Assembly: GCA_951406725.2 (NCBI GenBank)
Contig: OX597818.1
Coordinates: 134,230,001-134,294,000 of the forward strand
Reading direction: 5' to 3'
From: Octopus vulgaris
Taxonomy: Eukaryota
Length of the DNA: 64,000 nt
Within the stretch, counting starts at the first letter, position 1; each line of letters starts with the position of its first letter. A program made the position numbers and the translations under genes. Below the pieces are notes generated by a model. That model searched no databases. It was not told the origin of the DNA and saw only the letters and a list, made by a program, of their open reading frames with translations. Positions 12,380 through 24,979 of this stretch are shown here, piece after piece.

Positions 12380-13244
12380 CATTCTATACACTTCTGTCTG
12401 TTTTGTGTAATTAACATTCTTTAATGTTTTGTATTTTGTATGATGAAACATACATTTGGACCAGCATACTGTGTGTGTGTATATGGTTGTGTATGTCTGT
12501 GTGTTTGTGTGTGTGTGTGTGTGTTACTCAAGAACCAGTGAAATTCCAAAGAAACCTTCTTTGGACTGTTATGTTTTTTCCCCAGATCATTGTATTTTGT
12601 AACAAGTTCCAAAAAATTGTCAGTTCTTTTCCTTCAGCTGTAACATACATACCTATGCCAACTTTCTTACATACCTCTATATACACATATATATTACATC
12701 AAACATATATACCTACAACAAACTGTATTACATGTATTGTATGCCCTGCAGTATTGATAATTTAGTCAATATGATAAACACATATCTTTCCATATTTGAT
12801 ATTCATTTTCTGTTTACTGTCACTTGTTAAGTTCTTTAGCAGTTTTCATTTTAGTTTTTCTCAAGATGAAACAAAGTGAATCTGTTATCTTTCCAGGGTT
12901 TATACATAACATTCTCTGCTACATCACTGTTGTAAATCATGTATCAGCTTTTTATAAGGGATCAAAGCCTCAATTAGGAAGGGGCTATATGGGCTTAGCA
13001 TTAACTTCCTCCTGTGGAGGGATCTAAATAGATTTTGATTATTGGTTTGTATTGGTCAATTTTTGTAAAACATAATGACTGAGATTAAGGTGTTTGACTA
13101 TTGTGGGCATTGCCTTGAGTTCAATTTATACCAATTCAGCCAGATTGTGTTCTTTTGCTGAACAAGGTATATAATTGTGCTTGCTTTAGTCTGCTTTAGT
13201 GATTATATATTTCATTTTTCCTTTCCATTTGACTGAAACATTTA

Positions 13245-13440
13245 GCTGTAAAAGCAGTTAACTAGTTAATGGTAAGAGAGAGACATATAACTATAAAAAT
13301 AGTTTACAAGTTAATGATAGGAGAGACATCCAACTTTTAAAACACTCAACTGGTTAATGATAGAAATGACACTGAGCTGTAAAAAAAATGAACTGGTTAA
13401 TGGTAGCAAAGATATATGGCTGTAAAAACAGTTAATCTGC
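13245..13440. repeat. Degenerate ~43-bp minisatellite, about 4.5 units
   Basis: Recurring GTTAAT(G/A)(G/A)TA and CTGTAAAA motifs at a regular spacing. Confidence 0.65.
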
Positions 13441-14345
13441 TAGTATATACAAGTACAAATTTGTTAAAACCTTCCCAGCTAATGATTATACTTAAAATAG
13501 ATAGCAAAGCTATATCAAAGAAATAAGAAATTCTATATTGCAGAAGTTATTTTACAGTTTTTTTTCTCCCCTTTTTGTTTTTGTTTTTGTTTTTTCTTCT
13601 TATTCTAATGATTGGGAAACTAGTTTTTATGATGAGTGTTGAGTTTTCATTAGCAGAATTTCTAAGGAAGTTCACATCTGTTGAAATATCAGCTGAAATC
13701 TGATGACAGAGTGCTCCTGGTAGAATATTTAGAATGCTTCTCACAGGATACTTACATTAGTTTATATTTAAGAAAAAGAAGCAAAAATCTAATTAGATAA
13801 GTGGCAAATTAGTAAAGTAATTTGAGCTTAGGACAAAATACCTTGTGTTTATTCTAACTCTTTACATATTGAGTGCAAGTCCTACCAAAGTCAACTTTAC
13901 CTGTCATCCCTTCAAGATCAATAAAATAAAGTACCAGTCCAGAGCGGTGGGCAAATTGCCTTAGGATATTTGTTCAAACCTTTTGTGTACTGTATTCTTG
14001 GGTGGTCAACTTAGCTTGGTGCCCAGTTCAACACCACCTAATCTTTAATTTTAGGAGCTTATTTTTTTTAGTTCTATTACCAAAGAGGGAATTTTGAAAT
14101 CTAAATTGTCAAACCTAATTATTATTAGGCATTATAAACTACGATATTTTCTGTGATCAACATGAAGATATTGGTTGGACGCTACTGTATATAAGTAAGT
14201 CATTGACTCTTGTGGAATCAATTTATATCACTTACTGTGTACCACATCCATGCATGTGCATATGTATGTGAGAGAGAAAGTCAATTTTTAATATTGGAAC
14301 TAGTCATATACTGACTAGAAAGAAAACTGTCCGAAGTGAAAATTG

Positions 14346-14454
14346 GGCACTGTCATGCTTTTAGCTGTCAGGAGTGAAAGTCGTCAACTTCGTGTATTTA
14401 CGTCAGGTTTATACCTTCGTTAATTTATACACATGTATATATATATGTATACAC

Positions 14455-14504
<50 letters not shown>

Positions 14505-15097
14505 AGACACATCTTTGATTAAACTATTGACCGCCTTAAAACGGATTTCAACAGACAAATATTACTATAATGGATAATATAAGCATATAACTACTTATAC
14601 ACACATACAATAAATACAGACACACACACATTAGTCAGACATATAGCCACATATACACACACTGCAAGAATATATTTATTTATAAAGTTTAACCCCTTAG
14701 TATTTAAACCAGCCATATCCGGCCAAAATAGCTAATCTGTTTTATGTTCAAACTGACCAGATCCAGGCCCTCACACTTACCCTACAATGTTATTCTACAT
14801 TAAGTATTTACACCATCAAGATCTTGAAGATATGAGATAATGCATGATTAATTCAAATCAATGGGAATCAATAAGCATTATGTTTGATAGAATAATCTGA
14901 ACACTAAAGGGTTAAACAGAACATGGAATGAAATATATTTATTTATAAACTTTAAACTGAACTTCAATTGTTTTATAAACCTAACAGCGTGGTGGTACGT
15001 AAATAAACGGCGTAAATTAACGAAGGTGTAAACCTGACGACGTAAATACACGAAGTTAACGACTTTCACTTCTGACAGCTAAAAGCATGACAGTGCC
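14346..15097. mobile_element. Non-autonomous DNA transposon, Merlin-like MITE
   Basis: ~80-bp TIRs beginning GGCACTGTCATGCTTTTAGCTGTCAG (GGNRM start); 8-bp TSD GAAAATTG (14338-14345) / GAAAACTG (15098-15105). Confidence 0.75.
14693..14911. mobile_element. piggyBac-like MITE nested in the Merlin-like MITE
   Basis: TTAA|CCCCTTAGT...ACTAAAGGG|TTAA termini; related partial copy near 55480-55629. Confidence 0.7.
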
Positions 15098-15429
15098 GAA
15101 AACTGTACTGAAGTCATGTGAAATATCAGCAAGTAATACCTTCTTTTCTAAACTGTAGCCAGACAACCTCATCGAAACAATACACTCTGAGCTCAGATTG
15201 TACAGGAAGCTGGTATTTTAGCATAAAAACAGTTTTTTGGGGTCTTTATTTTTTTGATTTTTGTTTTCCTTATGTCTGTGAATTTGATGAGGAAGACTGA
15301 GAAATAAGGTTTCCTTCCTCTTCTTGGCTGGATACTAAACATTGGTGCGCTATGGGTTTTGTGATATATATCATTTATGTTGAATATTTTATTTCTCAAT
15401 TTGAAAGAATTCAATTGTTGACAAATTTT

Positions 15430-15435
15430 AATAAA
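15430..15435 (+). promoter_or_regulatory. Candidate polyadenylation signal for CASP
   Basis: AATAAA followed ~30 nt later by GT-rich GTGTTTGTTT at the end of a long TE-poor, UTR-like stretch; other AATAAA exist upstream. Confidence 0.3.
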
Positions 15436-15652
15436 GATTATTTTAAAGAGCTTCAGAACAAAGTGTTTGTTTCACTGCTTCCTATTAACTTCAAAGAAGA
15501 TTAGCAGGAAATCTCCAGGAGAAGAGATATCTTGTCTTTAGTGTACTCTGACTCCCAAATTTCTTTATAACTACAGCTTGCTAATAAAATTGAAGAGGTG
15601 GCTTTCACATATATTCTAACAGAACACAACTTATACTCTCACTAATCTATTG

Positions 15653-15685
<33 letters not shown>

Positions 15686-15689
<4 letters not shown>

Positions 15690-15985
15690 TTGTTTAACGT
15701 CCGTTCTCCATGCTAGCATGGGTTGGATGGTTCGATCGGGGATCTGGGAAGCCAGAAGGCTGCACCAGGCTCCTGTCTGATCTGGCAGTGCTTCTACAGC
15801 TGGATGCCCTTCCTGACGCCAACCACTCCATGAGTGTAGTGGGTGCTTTTTACGTGCCACCGGCAGAGGTGCCAGGCGAGGCTCGCAACGGCCACAATTG
15901 GATTGGTGCTTTTTACGTGCCACCAGCACGGAAGCCAGTCAAGGCGGCGCTGGCATCGGCCATGTTCAGATGGTCCTTTTTACAT
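15686..15985 (-). mobile_element. RTE-type 3' repeat (family D)
   Basis: Matches 7875-8130. Confidence 0.75.
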
Positions 15986-15987
15986 GA

Positions 15988-16145
15988 ATTATTATTATTA
16001 TTATTTAAGACGTCGCATAGTATCCAGTATCATGATATTGTTGATTGAAGATATTGTGTCTACCGGGGGTTTGTACTGTTTGTCAAGTCGCAACAAGGAC
16101 CTCAGGCAAACAGTACTTTACACAATATGCGTGCAGTTCTAAGTA
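15988..16145 (-). mobile_element. R4/Dong-like LINE extreme 3' end with (TAA)n tail
   Basis: Minus strand LRTARILCKVL* then short UTR and (TAA)n. Confidence 0.55.
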
Positions 16146-16394
16146 TTTCTAAAGTTTCCAGATGTTTCTTCAGGCTGGGTAGTATTGAACCTGTAAGAAT
16201 GACCATGCGAAAAGGAGAGGTGACGAATGAATGACTCCTTTAATACACTGCACGGTCGCTTACAATAAAAGCCAAAATATGGATAAATGTGTACGAGTGC
16301 CAGAAGGAAAAGAAGGAGACACAACCTTAGAATGTTTAAGAGAAAGATTTTATTTATGTGTTAACGTGTGTGTGTGCGTCGTAAGTACATATAT

Positions 16395-16625
16395 ATTTCT
16401 TTACTACCCACAAGGGGCTAAACATAGAGGGGACAAACAAGGAAAGACAAACGGATTAAGTCGATTATATCGACCCCAGTGCGTAACTGGTACTTGATTT
16501 ATCGACCCCGAAAGGATGAAAGGCAAAGTCGACCTCGGCGGAATTTGAACTCACAACGTAACGGCAGACGAAATACGGCTACGCATTTCACCCAGCGTGC
16601 TAACAATTCTACCAGCTCGCCGCCT
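16395..16625 (-). mobile_element. SINE family B
   Basis: Full copy with TSD TCGTAAGTACATATATA. Confidence 0.9.
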
Positions 16626-17297
16626 TCTCGTAAGTACATATATAATAACAATAGACAGGCCGTCATGCATACATAATGTATAAGTGCGTACAAACAAGAG
16701 TGTATGCATGTGAGATAAAATACAGAGCATAGAAAGAGTCTATAACAGGATGTTAGAAGAATGTTCTTGCACAATGAAGATAAATACCAGTTCGTAGTAA
16801 GGTACACAATAGTTGAAGAGCTGTAACAAGAACTTGTGGCGTAGAAGCAGAGCCGGTTGAAGCACGTGTCGTGTAAGAAGTTGTGGCTACTATGCCGCTG
16901 CTGGTTACTTGATACAAGATCTCGCAGGTTGTACTTGCTGTTAACCATGGTGAAATAATTCACAAACAGTGTGGAGTTGATCCTGAGCGAATGTTATTGT
17001 GTATGTAGAGATGTTGTTGACATTAAGACGGAGGCGACAGAGATGGAGGTCCTGATGCTGCTGGTGTTTTCTGTCGCTGGAACTGGCTGTGTGCTCTGTG
17101 GTCAGTGGTTAGATCTAGAACCAAAGACGAAATACGGTTTTGAAAACTAGCTTTTTATAGGGACCAGTAGGTTCCAATGGAGATTTCGAAGACTGTGTCA
17201 CGGGACCTTATCAGAAGGCTACGGTTGGTTGGGTTGCACATTGGCGTGTAATAGAGCAAGAGACAAATTGCGCCAATACCAACCAATCAGAGTAGTT

Positions 17298-17690
17298 ATT
17301 ATTATTATTATTATTATTATTGTTATTAATATTGCCTTTGCACAGCTTCTAATGCTGGAGATGTACTGTCGTGTCAGCTGTTCACTACCAGTGGACTAGG
17401 GTAACACCTCTTATTTTTCGAGCACCTTCTGGAGTATTCGAGTGGTTCCAAGCAGTGCTATTTTCTGCAAGTGTTCCACCCTTATTGCAGCCCCTATTTG
17501 TTCCACGTACTTCTCGAGAATTTTGCTCACTGTTCCCAGGGCTCCAACAATAACTGGTACTACTGCTACCTTTTTAATCAACCACAACTGCTTAACTTCC
17601 CAAGCTAACCTCTCATATCTCTCAACTTTTCTTTCTTCTTTATGGCATACCTTGTTGTCGGCCGGTCATGCTATAACTATGATCCAGGAA
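17298..17690 (-). mobile_element. R4/Dong-clade (RLE endonuclease) LINE 3' fragment
   Basis: VVPVIVGALGTVSKILEKY...LQKIALLGTTRILQKVL and a (TAA)n tail. Confidence 0.75.
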
Positions 17691-17699
17691 GTTATCCAT

Positions 17700-18295
17700 G
17701 GATTCCAGCCCAAAAGTCCTCTGGAAGAGACTAGCCAGCTCATTCTCATCGACAATCAGAGTTTCCCTGAAAACGTTGTCGCACTTGCCCATCACTAAAC
17801 CACTATAGAAAGCATTGCCTGACCGACAGAGGGTTGTGAGTGCCTGACGACACTCTAGATGCTTCAGTCTGTGCTTGATCCAGGACTGCAACACGGACAA
17901 AAAACCGAGCTGTGGGAAATTGTGTCTGAAAAATGGTGACCACACTTGCTCACTATTAAGATGCTGTAGCCTCAATGCATCACGATGTACTTAACCCTTC
18001 ATTCAGCAAGTGTTGACAGCAAATGCAGTGCCTGACTAGCTAAACACATTCTTTCCATAGAGTCAGACGTATACTGAAGCAAGGCACGAAGGTCAGGCGA
18101 TGTATGCGTTCGCCACCTCTCCCCGGCTTTTCAAGGATAGCTTTCTCCTGATCCATTTCTGGGTAAGGCTGGCCACCCTGCTCATCACCTCGTCCCAGTT
18201 CTTCTCCATTTGGAGATCGGGACCAAACCAGACCTCAAGCAATTTACCCAGTCTCTCCATCAAGCATTCCACAATGTTATTGGCTGGCATGGACC
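17700..18295 (-). mobile_element. L1/Tx1-clade LINE ORF2 fragment
   Basis: KLLEVWFGPDLQMEKNWDEV...KWIRRKLSLKSRGEVANAYIA, the post-RT motif of Tx1/L1 ORF2. Confidence 0.7.
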
Positions 18296-18629
18296 TACAC
18301 ACACGTATTACATGTATGTGTGTGTATTTATTTGTGTGTGTGTGTGGGTGGGTGCATGTCTTTGTGCATGCAAGCATGTGTCTGTTGGTTTGTTTACAGC
18401 TGTCATTACTTGTACGAATCTGCATATAGCCGATTGTCAGTTTCTTCTTTCAACAAATTGCCCAGTTCACTCACTTTTTGTCTTCAAAACCGTGTGGACT
18501 GAGAGATCCCTTCCTTGAAAAACAGGAAAAAGTTAGCATCAGGAAGGGCATCTAGTAGTAAAACAATGCCTCAAAGAATATATTTATTCAATCGACGTAA
18601 GCATGGAAAAATGAGACGTAAAATGAACG

Positions 18630-18836
18630 TGTATGTATGTATATATGTATATATGTATGTGTGTGTGTATGTATGTATGTATGTATGTGTGTGTGTATGT
18701 ATGTATGTATGTATGTATGTATGTATGTATGTATGTATGTATGTATGTATGTGTGTTTATGTATGTATGTTTGTATGTATGTATGTTTGTGCATGTATGT
18801 ATGTATGTATGTATGTGTGTTTGTGTATGTATGTTT
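18630..18836. repeat. (TATG)n microsatellite
   Basis: Directly visible. Confidence 0.95.
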
Positions 18837-19059
18837 GTCAGCAATGGTCTTCCTCGGTCAAGATTTCTTACCAATAGAGAAAGAAACGGTTTCTAACCCA
18901 GATCCAAGGTTCCTTCATTGGAATTTCAACATCAACAACAGGGTGTTTTTGTTTGCATATGTGTGTGTGTGTATGTATGTATGTATGTATGTGCCGATTT
19001 GTATGTTTTACTTTATGTATATATTCTTACGTATATAGTTGTATATCTAGATATGCTCA

Positions 19060-19535
19060 TATATATTTAAATGATAAACTTCTGGAAAGTTTTACAGATT
19101 TTTACAGTTCCAGTGATGGATTGGATCTGAATCCTTCAAATTAGCTTTCTCCTTTCTGGTTTTGAGAAGCCTAATTTCTCAAGATTGGTATTTAGGCAGT
19201 GTGTTAAATATTCCAAGGCCCCAATAATTACAGGTGAAAACCTGAACTTGTAACCTGGATAGTGTAACTGCAGATTTCTCAATAGTTCAGCATAGGGGTT
19301 CTCTTTTTCACTGATCATTAGCTTTATGTTAACATCCACTGGCAGCTAATTTCAACAGTTGTGCACAGTTTCTCTTCTCTATCCCAAATCATTATATAAG
19401 GTCTGTTGTGCTTACATATCTTAAGATTTTCAGTTGGACATTCCACCAGTATTCCTTTTTATTATGAGTGGCTATTGCTTCTACCATATTGTGGGTTCTT
19501 ATTTCGTTGTCCTCAGGATTATCCTTCCGACGGAT
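19060..19535 (-). mobile_element. R4/Dong-clade LINE, RLE-domain fragment
   Basis: EYWWN...KHNRPYIMIWDREEKLCTTVEISC...EKENPY...PVIIGAL, a degenerate PD-(D/E)xK-type RLE C-terminus. Confidence 0.75.
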
Positions 19536-20649
19536 TTCATATGTATGTATGTGTCTATATACATACACCCACACCTACACCCAACATCCATATATTATGT
19601 TAAATCAGCTGAGACTTCTTTGAAGTTGTGTTGTGTTTGTGCATTTGCCAAAATAGAATTTCACATTATTTATTTTTTTTTTTTTCCTAGTTTCAGCTCA
19701 GAGCTGGGGCCATGCTGATGCACCGCCGTTTTGTGCTACACTGTTATTACGACGAACCTCGTCTAATATGTGGCACTTGGTGAATAATGGAGTTTGATAT
19801 AGCTACTCTCATTTGCACCTCTTGCCGTGAGGTAGGTTCATCTGGGACTCTTGACAGGAAGATGTCCAGCTTTGATTTAAAAGCCGCTACATCTACTTTG
19901 TGCAAGTTCCTCAGACTTTTTGTTATACAGTAGCTTTTCTATTCTCATTTATATAATAAATCTGTAGAAACTAGCACTTCCTTTCCCAAGCTTAGATTTG
20001 AAACCGAATCTAAGGATTCTCGCTCGTCTGAGCCGCCACTTACCAAACAGGCACGAAAGAAAATTTCTTTGTCCTGTCAAAAAATGATCGATTGTCTCCC
20101 TTTGACCCAACAGCAAATGCAAATCCCGTAAATAAATTATTTAAACTATATGTCGATGTCATTCCATTATTTACCCCGAAGGCAACCACATGCCTATCCT
20201 ATCTGTTACCCCCAACAAATTGTGATACACCTTTTATACCATATTTGGTTACCCCGTCAAAGAATTGCAGCCTTCCCTTGAACCAGCTTCACCAACTTAG
20301 GAGCTCTCTGTATGCTTACACACACTTGCAACACTCACATTCTCGTGTGTGCTAAAAGACACCCTAACTCTAGTGGGTTGTGTAATCAATAGTTGCATGT
20401 CTCTTTCAACGCGCCGACATGTTTCTGCCTAGGCAGCAGACCGTGGATCGTCTGAGGCACCACTGACCGTGGATCGTCTGAGTCACCACTGACCAAACAG
20501 GTGCAAAAGAAATTTTCTTTGTCCTTTCAAAAAAATGATTGATCGTCTCCCTTTGACCTGCGACCTCGGCCATGTCAGGCGAAGTTCAAATGGACAGGAG
20601 CTGACCTACCTAGGCACAATCTCTCAAGCGGTATGTCTGTCCTTCTATA

Positions 20650-20882
20650 AGGCGGCGAGCTGGCAGAAACGTTAGAAAGCCGGGCGAAATGCTTAGCGGT
20701 ATTTCGTCTGCCTTTACATTGTGAGTTCGAATTCCGCCGAGGTCGACTTTGCCTTTCATCCTTTCGGGGTCGATAAATTAAGTACCAGTTACGCACTGGG
20801 GTCGATGTAATCGACTTAATACCTATGTCTGTCCTTGTTTGTCCCCTCTGTGTTTAGCCCCTTTGTGAGTAATAAAGAAATA
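20650..20882 (+). mobile_element. SINE family B with an 18-bp TSD
   Basis: TSD GGTATGTCTGTCCTTCTA at 20630-20647 and 20883-20900. Confidence 0.9.
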
Positions 20883-20955
20883 GGTATGTCTGTCCTTCTA
20901 GCTGCCACGACTGGTTATAAATACCGTGGTAAGCAAAGGGACAGACAGAAAGGAT

Positions 20956-21348
20956 CTGGCAGAAACGTTAGCACGCCGGGCGAAATGCTTAGCGGTATTA
21001 CGTCTGCCGCTACGTTCTGAGTTCAAATTCCCCCGAGGTCGACTTTGCCTTTCATCCTTTCGGGGGTCGATTAAATAAGTACCAGTTACGCACTGGGGTT
21101 GATGTAATCGACTTAATCCGTTTGTCTGTCTTTGTTTGTCCCCTCTGTGTGTCGTAAAGAAATAGGTATTTCGTCTGCCACTACGTTCTGAGTTCAAATT
21201 CCGCCGAGGTCGACTTTGCCTTTCATCCTTTCGGGGTCGATAAATTAAGTACCAGTTACGCACTGGGGTCGATGTAATTGACTTAATCCGTTTGTCTGTC
21301 CTTGTTTGTCCCCACTATGTTTAGCCCCTTGTGGGCAATAAAGAAATA
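20956..21348 (+). mobile_element. Head-to-tail SINE family B dimer
   Basis: Junction AAAGAAATA|GGTATTTCGTCTG at 21164/21165; outer TSD AGAAAGGATCTGG. Confidence 0.85.
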
Positions 21349-23427
21349 AGAAAGGATCTGGGACGCAAACAGAGGCGGACGAAATAGCCGACCAGTATTT
21401 TCTCAGATGAACGACGAACACACAGACACAAAACATATTCAGTTCCACCACATCATATCCACAGATGGATCCTGTTGATACAATTTGTCGCCATAGTGAA
21501 AAATACCAACAGCAAATGCAAATCCCGTAAATAAATTATTTAAACTATAAACCGATATCATTCCATTATTTATCGCATCTGTTATCTCTACACTCTCTAA
21601 TATCCACCTTGGATCTTTCCACTACAAATCCTTTATATTTTTTTATTTTTAATCTCTGCTGGTTTGTACATAAATTGCAAACTTAGTTTGACTTCAATAT
21701 TCTCAGCATGTGACGTCTTCTATGAATCTGGTTCATATCTCAAGTGACTTGCTATGACATGTACATCGACATTAGATTTAGTAAATAACTTTAAAAAATT
21801 TTTAACTGTTTATAAAATATTGATTTATTACTTAGTTAGAGTTTTCTATTGTTACTACAGGCGTATTAGTAATAACTTACAATCATAAACTATTCCTAGT
21901 TGTCATAGTAATATCGATTTTATATGTTTTCTTTATAAACTCAATGCGCGAGTGTCACAGCTTGCTGTCTTTCTATTTGCTTGCTTCAGTGACCGCACAA
22001 AACACAAATGATTCATCAAAGTTTTCGATCAAAGTGTACATTTAAAATCAATTAGCACATGGACTCCTTTCTTCTGATTATATACAGAAAAATGCATGTA
22101 GCACCAATACAAAAGGGGCACCGGCGACCCATATACCAAATGGGGTTAATTAGAGTAAATTGTATTCGCGAAATACAGTTGTTCTGAATTTGCAGTAAGA
22201 AGAAGTCACCTTTGGTAGTGGTGGGTGGGGGTCGCTAGGAGTGTCCCCTGGGTCCCAAGGGAGCGACAATCTGATAGAAAAAGGGTATCCCTGCCTTACA
22301 CGAATGTCCAGCACAGAATCAAAGAGACAATAACAAAATCTACCTGTGACGTCTATCCCAGTTTCTGGGAACTTTCCAATGCTGATATGTAAAGTGAAAC
22401 AAATAATCATGTTGCCATGATATTGAATATTTATATCAATAGCATTCAACAAAAAGATTACCTCACATATCCGCTTTAAACTTTAGATACCACCTGGCAA
22501 CAAAATGGTGAGTAGATGTATAATATTTAGCTCGGCAAAATTGAACATCGTATTGACATTATGTTTATTGTGTTGATGTATTTTATGTAACAAACATTAC
22601 AACATCTTTCTCACAATAATTTAGATCATCTCACATATTTGTTACAGAAGTACTACTAATCAAAAACCATTTTTAATTGTTAACATCCTAATGGATCACT
22701 CAAGTACTTGCTGAAAAATCAATACTTCATTGACTGTTGCTAGCAAACATTAATGTATGTTTGTTTGTGTGTTTGTATGTGTGTGTGTATCTGTGTGTAC
22801 CTCTCTCTCCTTGTGTGATCATGTCTCCTTGTGTGCCAACGGCATGTAAAACGTAACATTCGAACATGATCAATGCCAGTGCCACCTGACTGGACCCCAT
22901 GCCAGTCACACTTGCCAGTCACACTTGAAAAGTGTCCTCAGTCAAACCGTCCAACCCATGCCAGCATGGAAAGCAGACGTTAAACGATGATGAAGATGTA
23001 TAATGATATATATATAATTATGATAGATTGTTACCCATTCAATGTTTAGGTAAACTTTGTCACCCACTCACTCTTTCTTTCTCTCTCTTTCTCTCACTCA
23101 CTCTTTCTCTCTCACTCATTCTCTCTCTCCCTACACAAAAAGGAAACAGATTTCAGCGCTAAAAATTGCAAAGGGAAAAATCTATATTCGGGATTATTAT
23201 ATATGTCCCCTCCAACATCGCTTGACAACCAATGGTGGTGTGTTTACGCCCCCGTAACATAGCGGTTCGGCAAAAGAAACCGATAGAAGGATCTTTTCCT
23301 TTTGTGACACATTCTACCAGTATACGAAGTTTCAAATTGTTTAGTTAACTAGGAAAATCTGGCCTTCAAAATGAAAAGATCTCCACACTCTCTATAAAAC
23401 GTATTTCTGCAAAATGTTATCTAAAAT

Positions 23428-23690
23428 TGGTTGTATACTGTCAATCTAACGTAAACGTGACAGTAGGGGGTTACACTACCGCTGTTGAGCCCTAGGAAGC
23501 ACCGACGCCTCCTGATGGCTTTGACACATTTTTCCTGTGTCCTTATAGACATTTACGAAGGGGAGACATTTATAAGGACACAGGAAAAATGTGTCTAAGC
23601 CATCAGGAGGCGTTGATGCTTCCTAGGGCTAAACAGCGGTGGTGTAACCCCCTACTGTCACGTTCACGTTAGATTGACAGTATACAACCA
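23428..23690. mobile_element. Palindromic MITE (~120-bp arms, short spacer)
   Basis: TGGTTGTATACTGTCAATCTAACG... versus ...CGTTAGATTGACAGTATACAACCA, complementary along nearly the whole length. Confidence 0.85.
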
Positions 23691-24458
23691 TTCTATCGCC
23701 CCACCACCGTACATATCTCTATGAGAGATTTAGAAATTTAATATTTCTTATCTAAAATTTCCGAACAAAAATAAAGGGCTTGCTGCACATCAGGGGGTCA
23801 GGGTATTTGATTCTATACAAAAAAAAAACTAGTTTTTTTTTTTTTCTTGGTAAAAGTTGTGCGGGTGAAAAGATCAATGGAGAAGGGGGTGAAATTTCCG
23901 AGGTTTCCACCTCGCCCAACCCCGTTTTCCAGAACCCCCAAAAGGGTTATGTAGCATATTAGGAGGTCGCCGTAATAGGTTCAATGAAAAAAATTTTTTT
24001 TCTAATGATTCCGGGATGGTGGGGGGGGGGGGATCCCCACCCAACCCCTTTTCCGAACAAAATTAAGGAGTTTGCAGCATATTAGGAAGTGAGGGTACAT
24101 GATTCTATGCAAAAAATTCTATTTTTTTTTTTTTTTTTTTTGGTGAAAATCGTGCAGGTGAAAGAATCAAATAATACCAAATCAACCCCAGGATTTATTC
24201 TTTGTAATCCCAGTACTTATTCTATTGGCCTCTTTTGCCGAACCGCTATGTTACGGGGATGTAAACACACCAACATCGATTGTCAAGCGATTGTGGGGTG
24301 ACAAACAACAAACACAGGCACACAAATACATACATACATACATACATACATACATACATACATACATACATACATACATACATGCACACATACATACATA
24401 CATACATGCATGCATACATACATACATACATACATACATACATACATACATACAGGCA

Positions 24459-24487
<29 letters not shown>

Positions 24488-24489
<2 letters not shown>

Positions 24490-24903
24490 TTCTTTACTAC
24501 CCACAAGGAGCTAAACACAGAAGGGACAAACAAGGACAGACAAACGGATTAACTCGATTACATCGACCCCAGTGCGTAACTGGTACTTATTTAATCGACC
24601 CCGAAAGGATGAAAGGCTAAGTCGACCTCAGCGGAATTTGAACTCAGAACGTAGCGGCAGACGAAATACCTATTTCTTTATTACCCACAAGGGGCTAAAC
24701 ATAGAGGGGACAAACAAAGACAGACATAGGTATTACGTCGATTACCTCGATCCCAGTGCATAACTGGTACTTAATTTATTGACCCCGAAAGGATGAAAGG
24801 CAAAGTCGACCTCGGCGGAATTTGAACTCAGAACGTAGCGGCAGACGAAATACCGCTAAGCATTTCGCCCGGCGTGCTAACGTTTCTGCCAGCTCGCCGC
24901 CTT
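24488..24903 (-). mobile_element. Head-to-tail SINE family B dimer inside the (TACA)n tract of a family-C relic
   Basis: Junction at 24670/24671 identical to that of the other dimers. Confidence 0.85.
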
Positions 24904-24948
24904 AAATACATGCATACATACATACATACATACATACATACACACAAG

Positions 24949-24979
<31 letters not shown>

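Noticed and set aside
23750-24170. Degenerate ~290-bp tandem units with G/C/T homopolymer runs
   Set aside because: Homopolymer noise suggests poorly polished sequence; structure cannot be trusted
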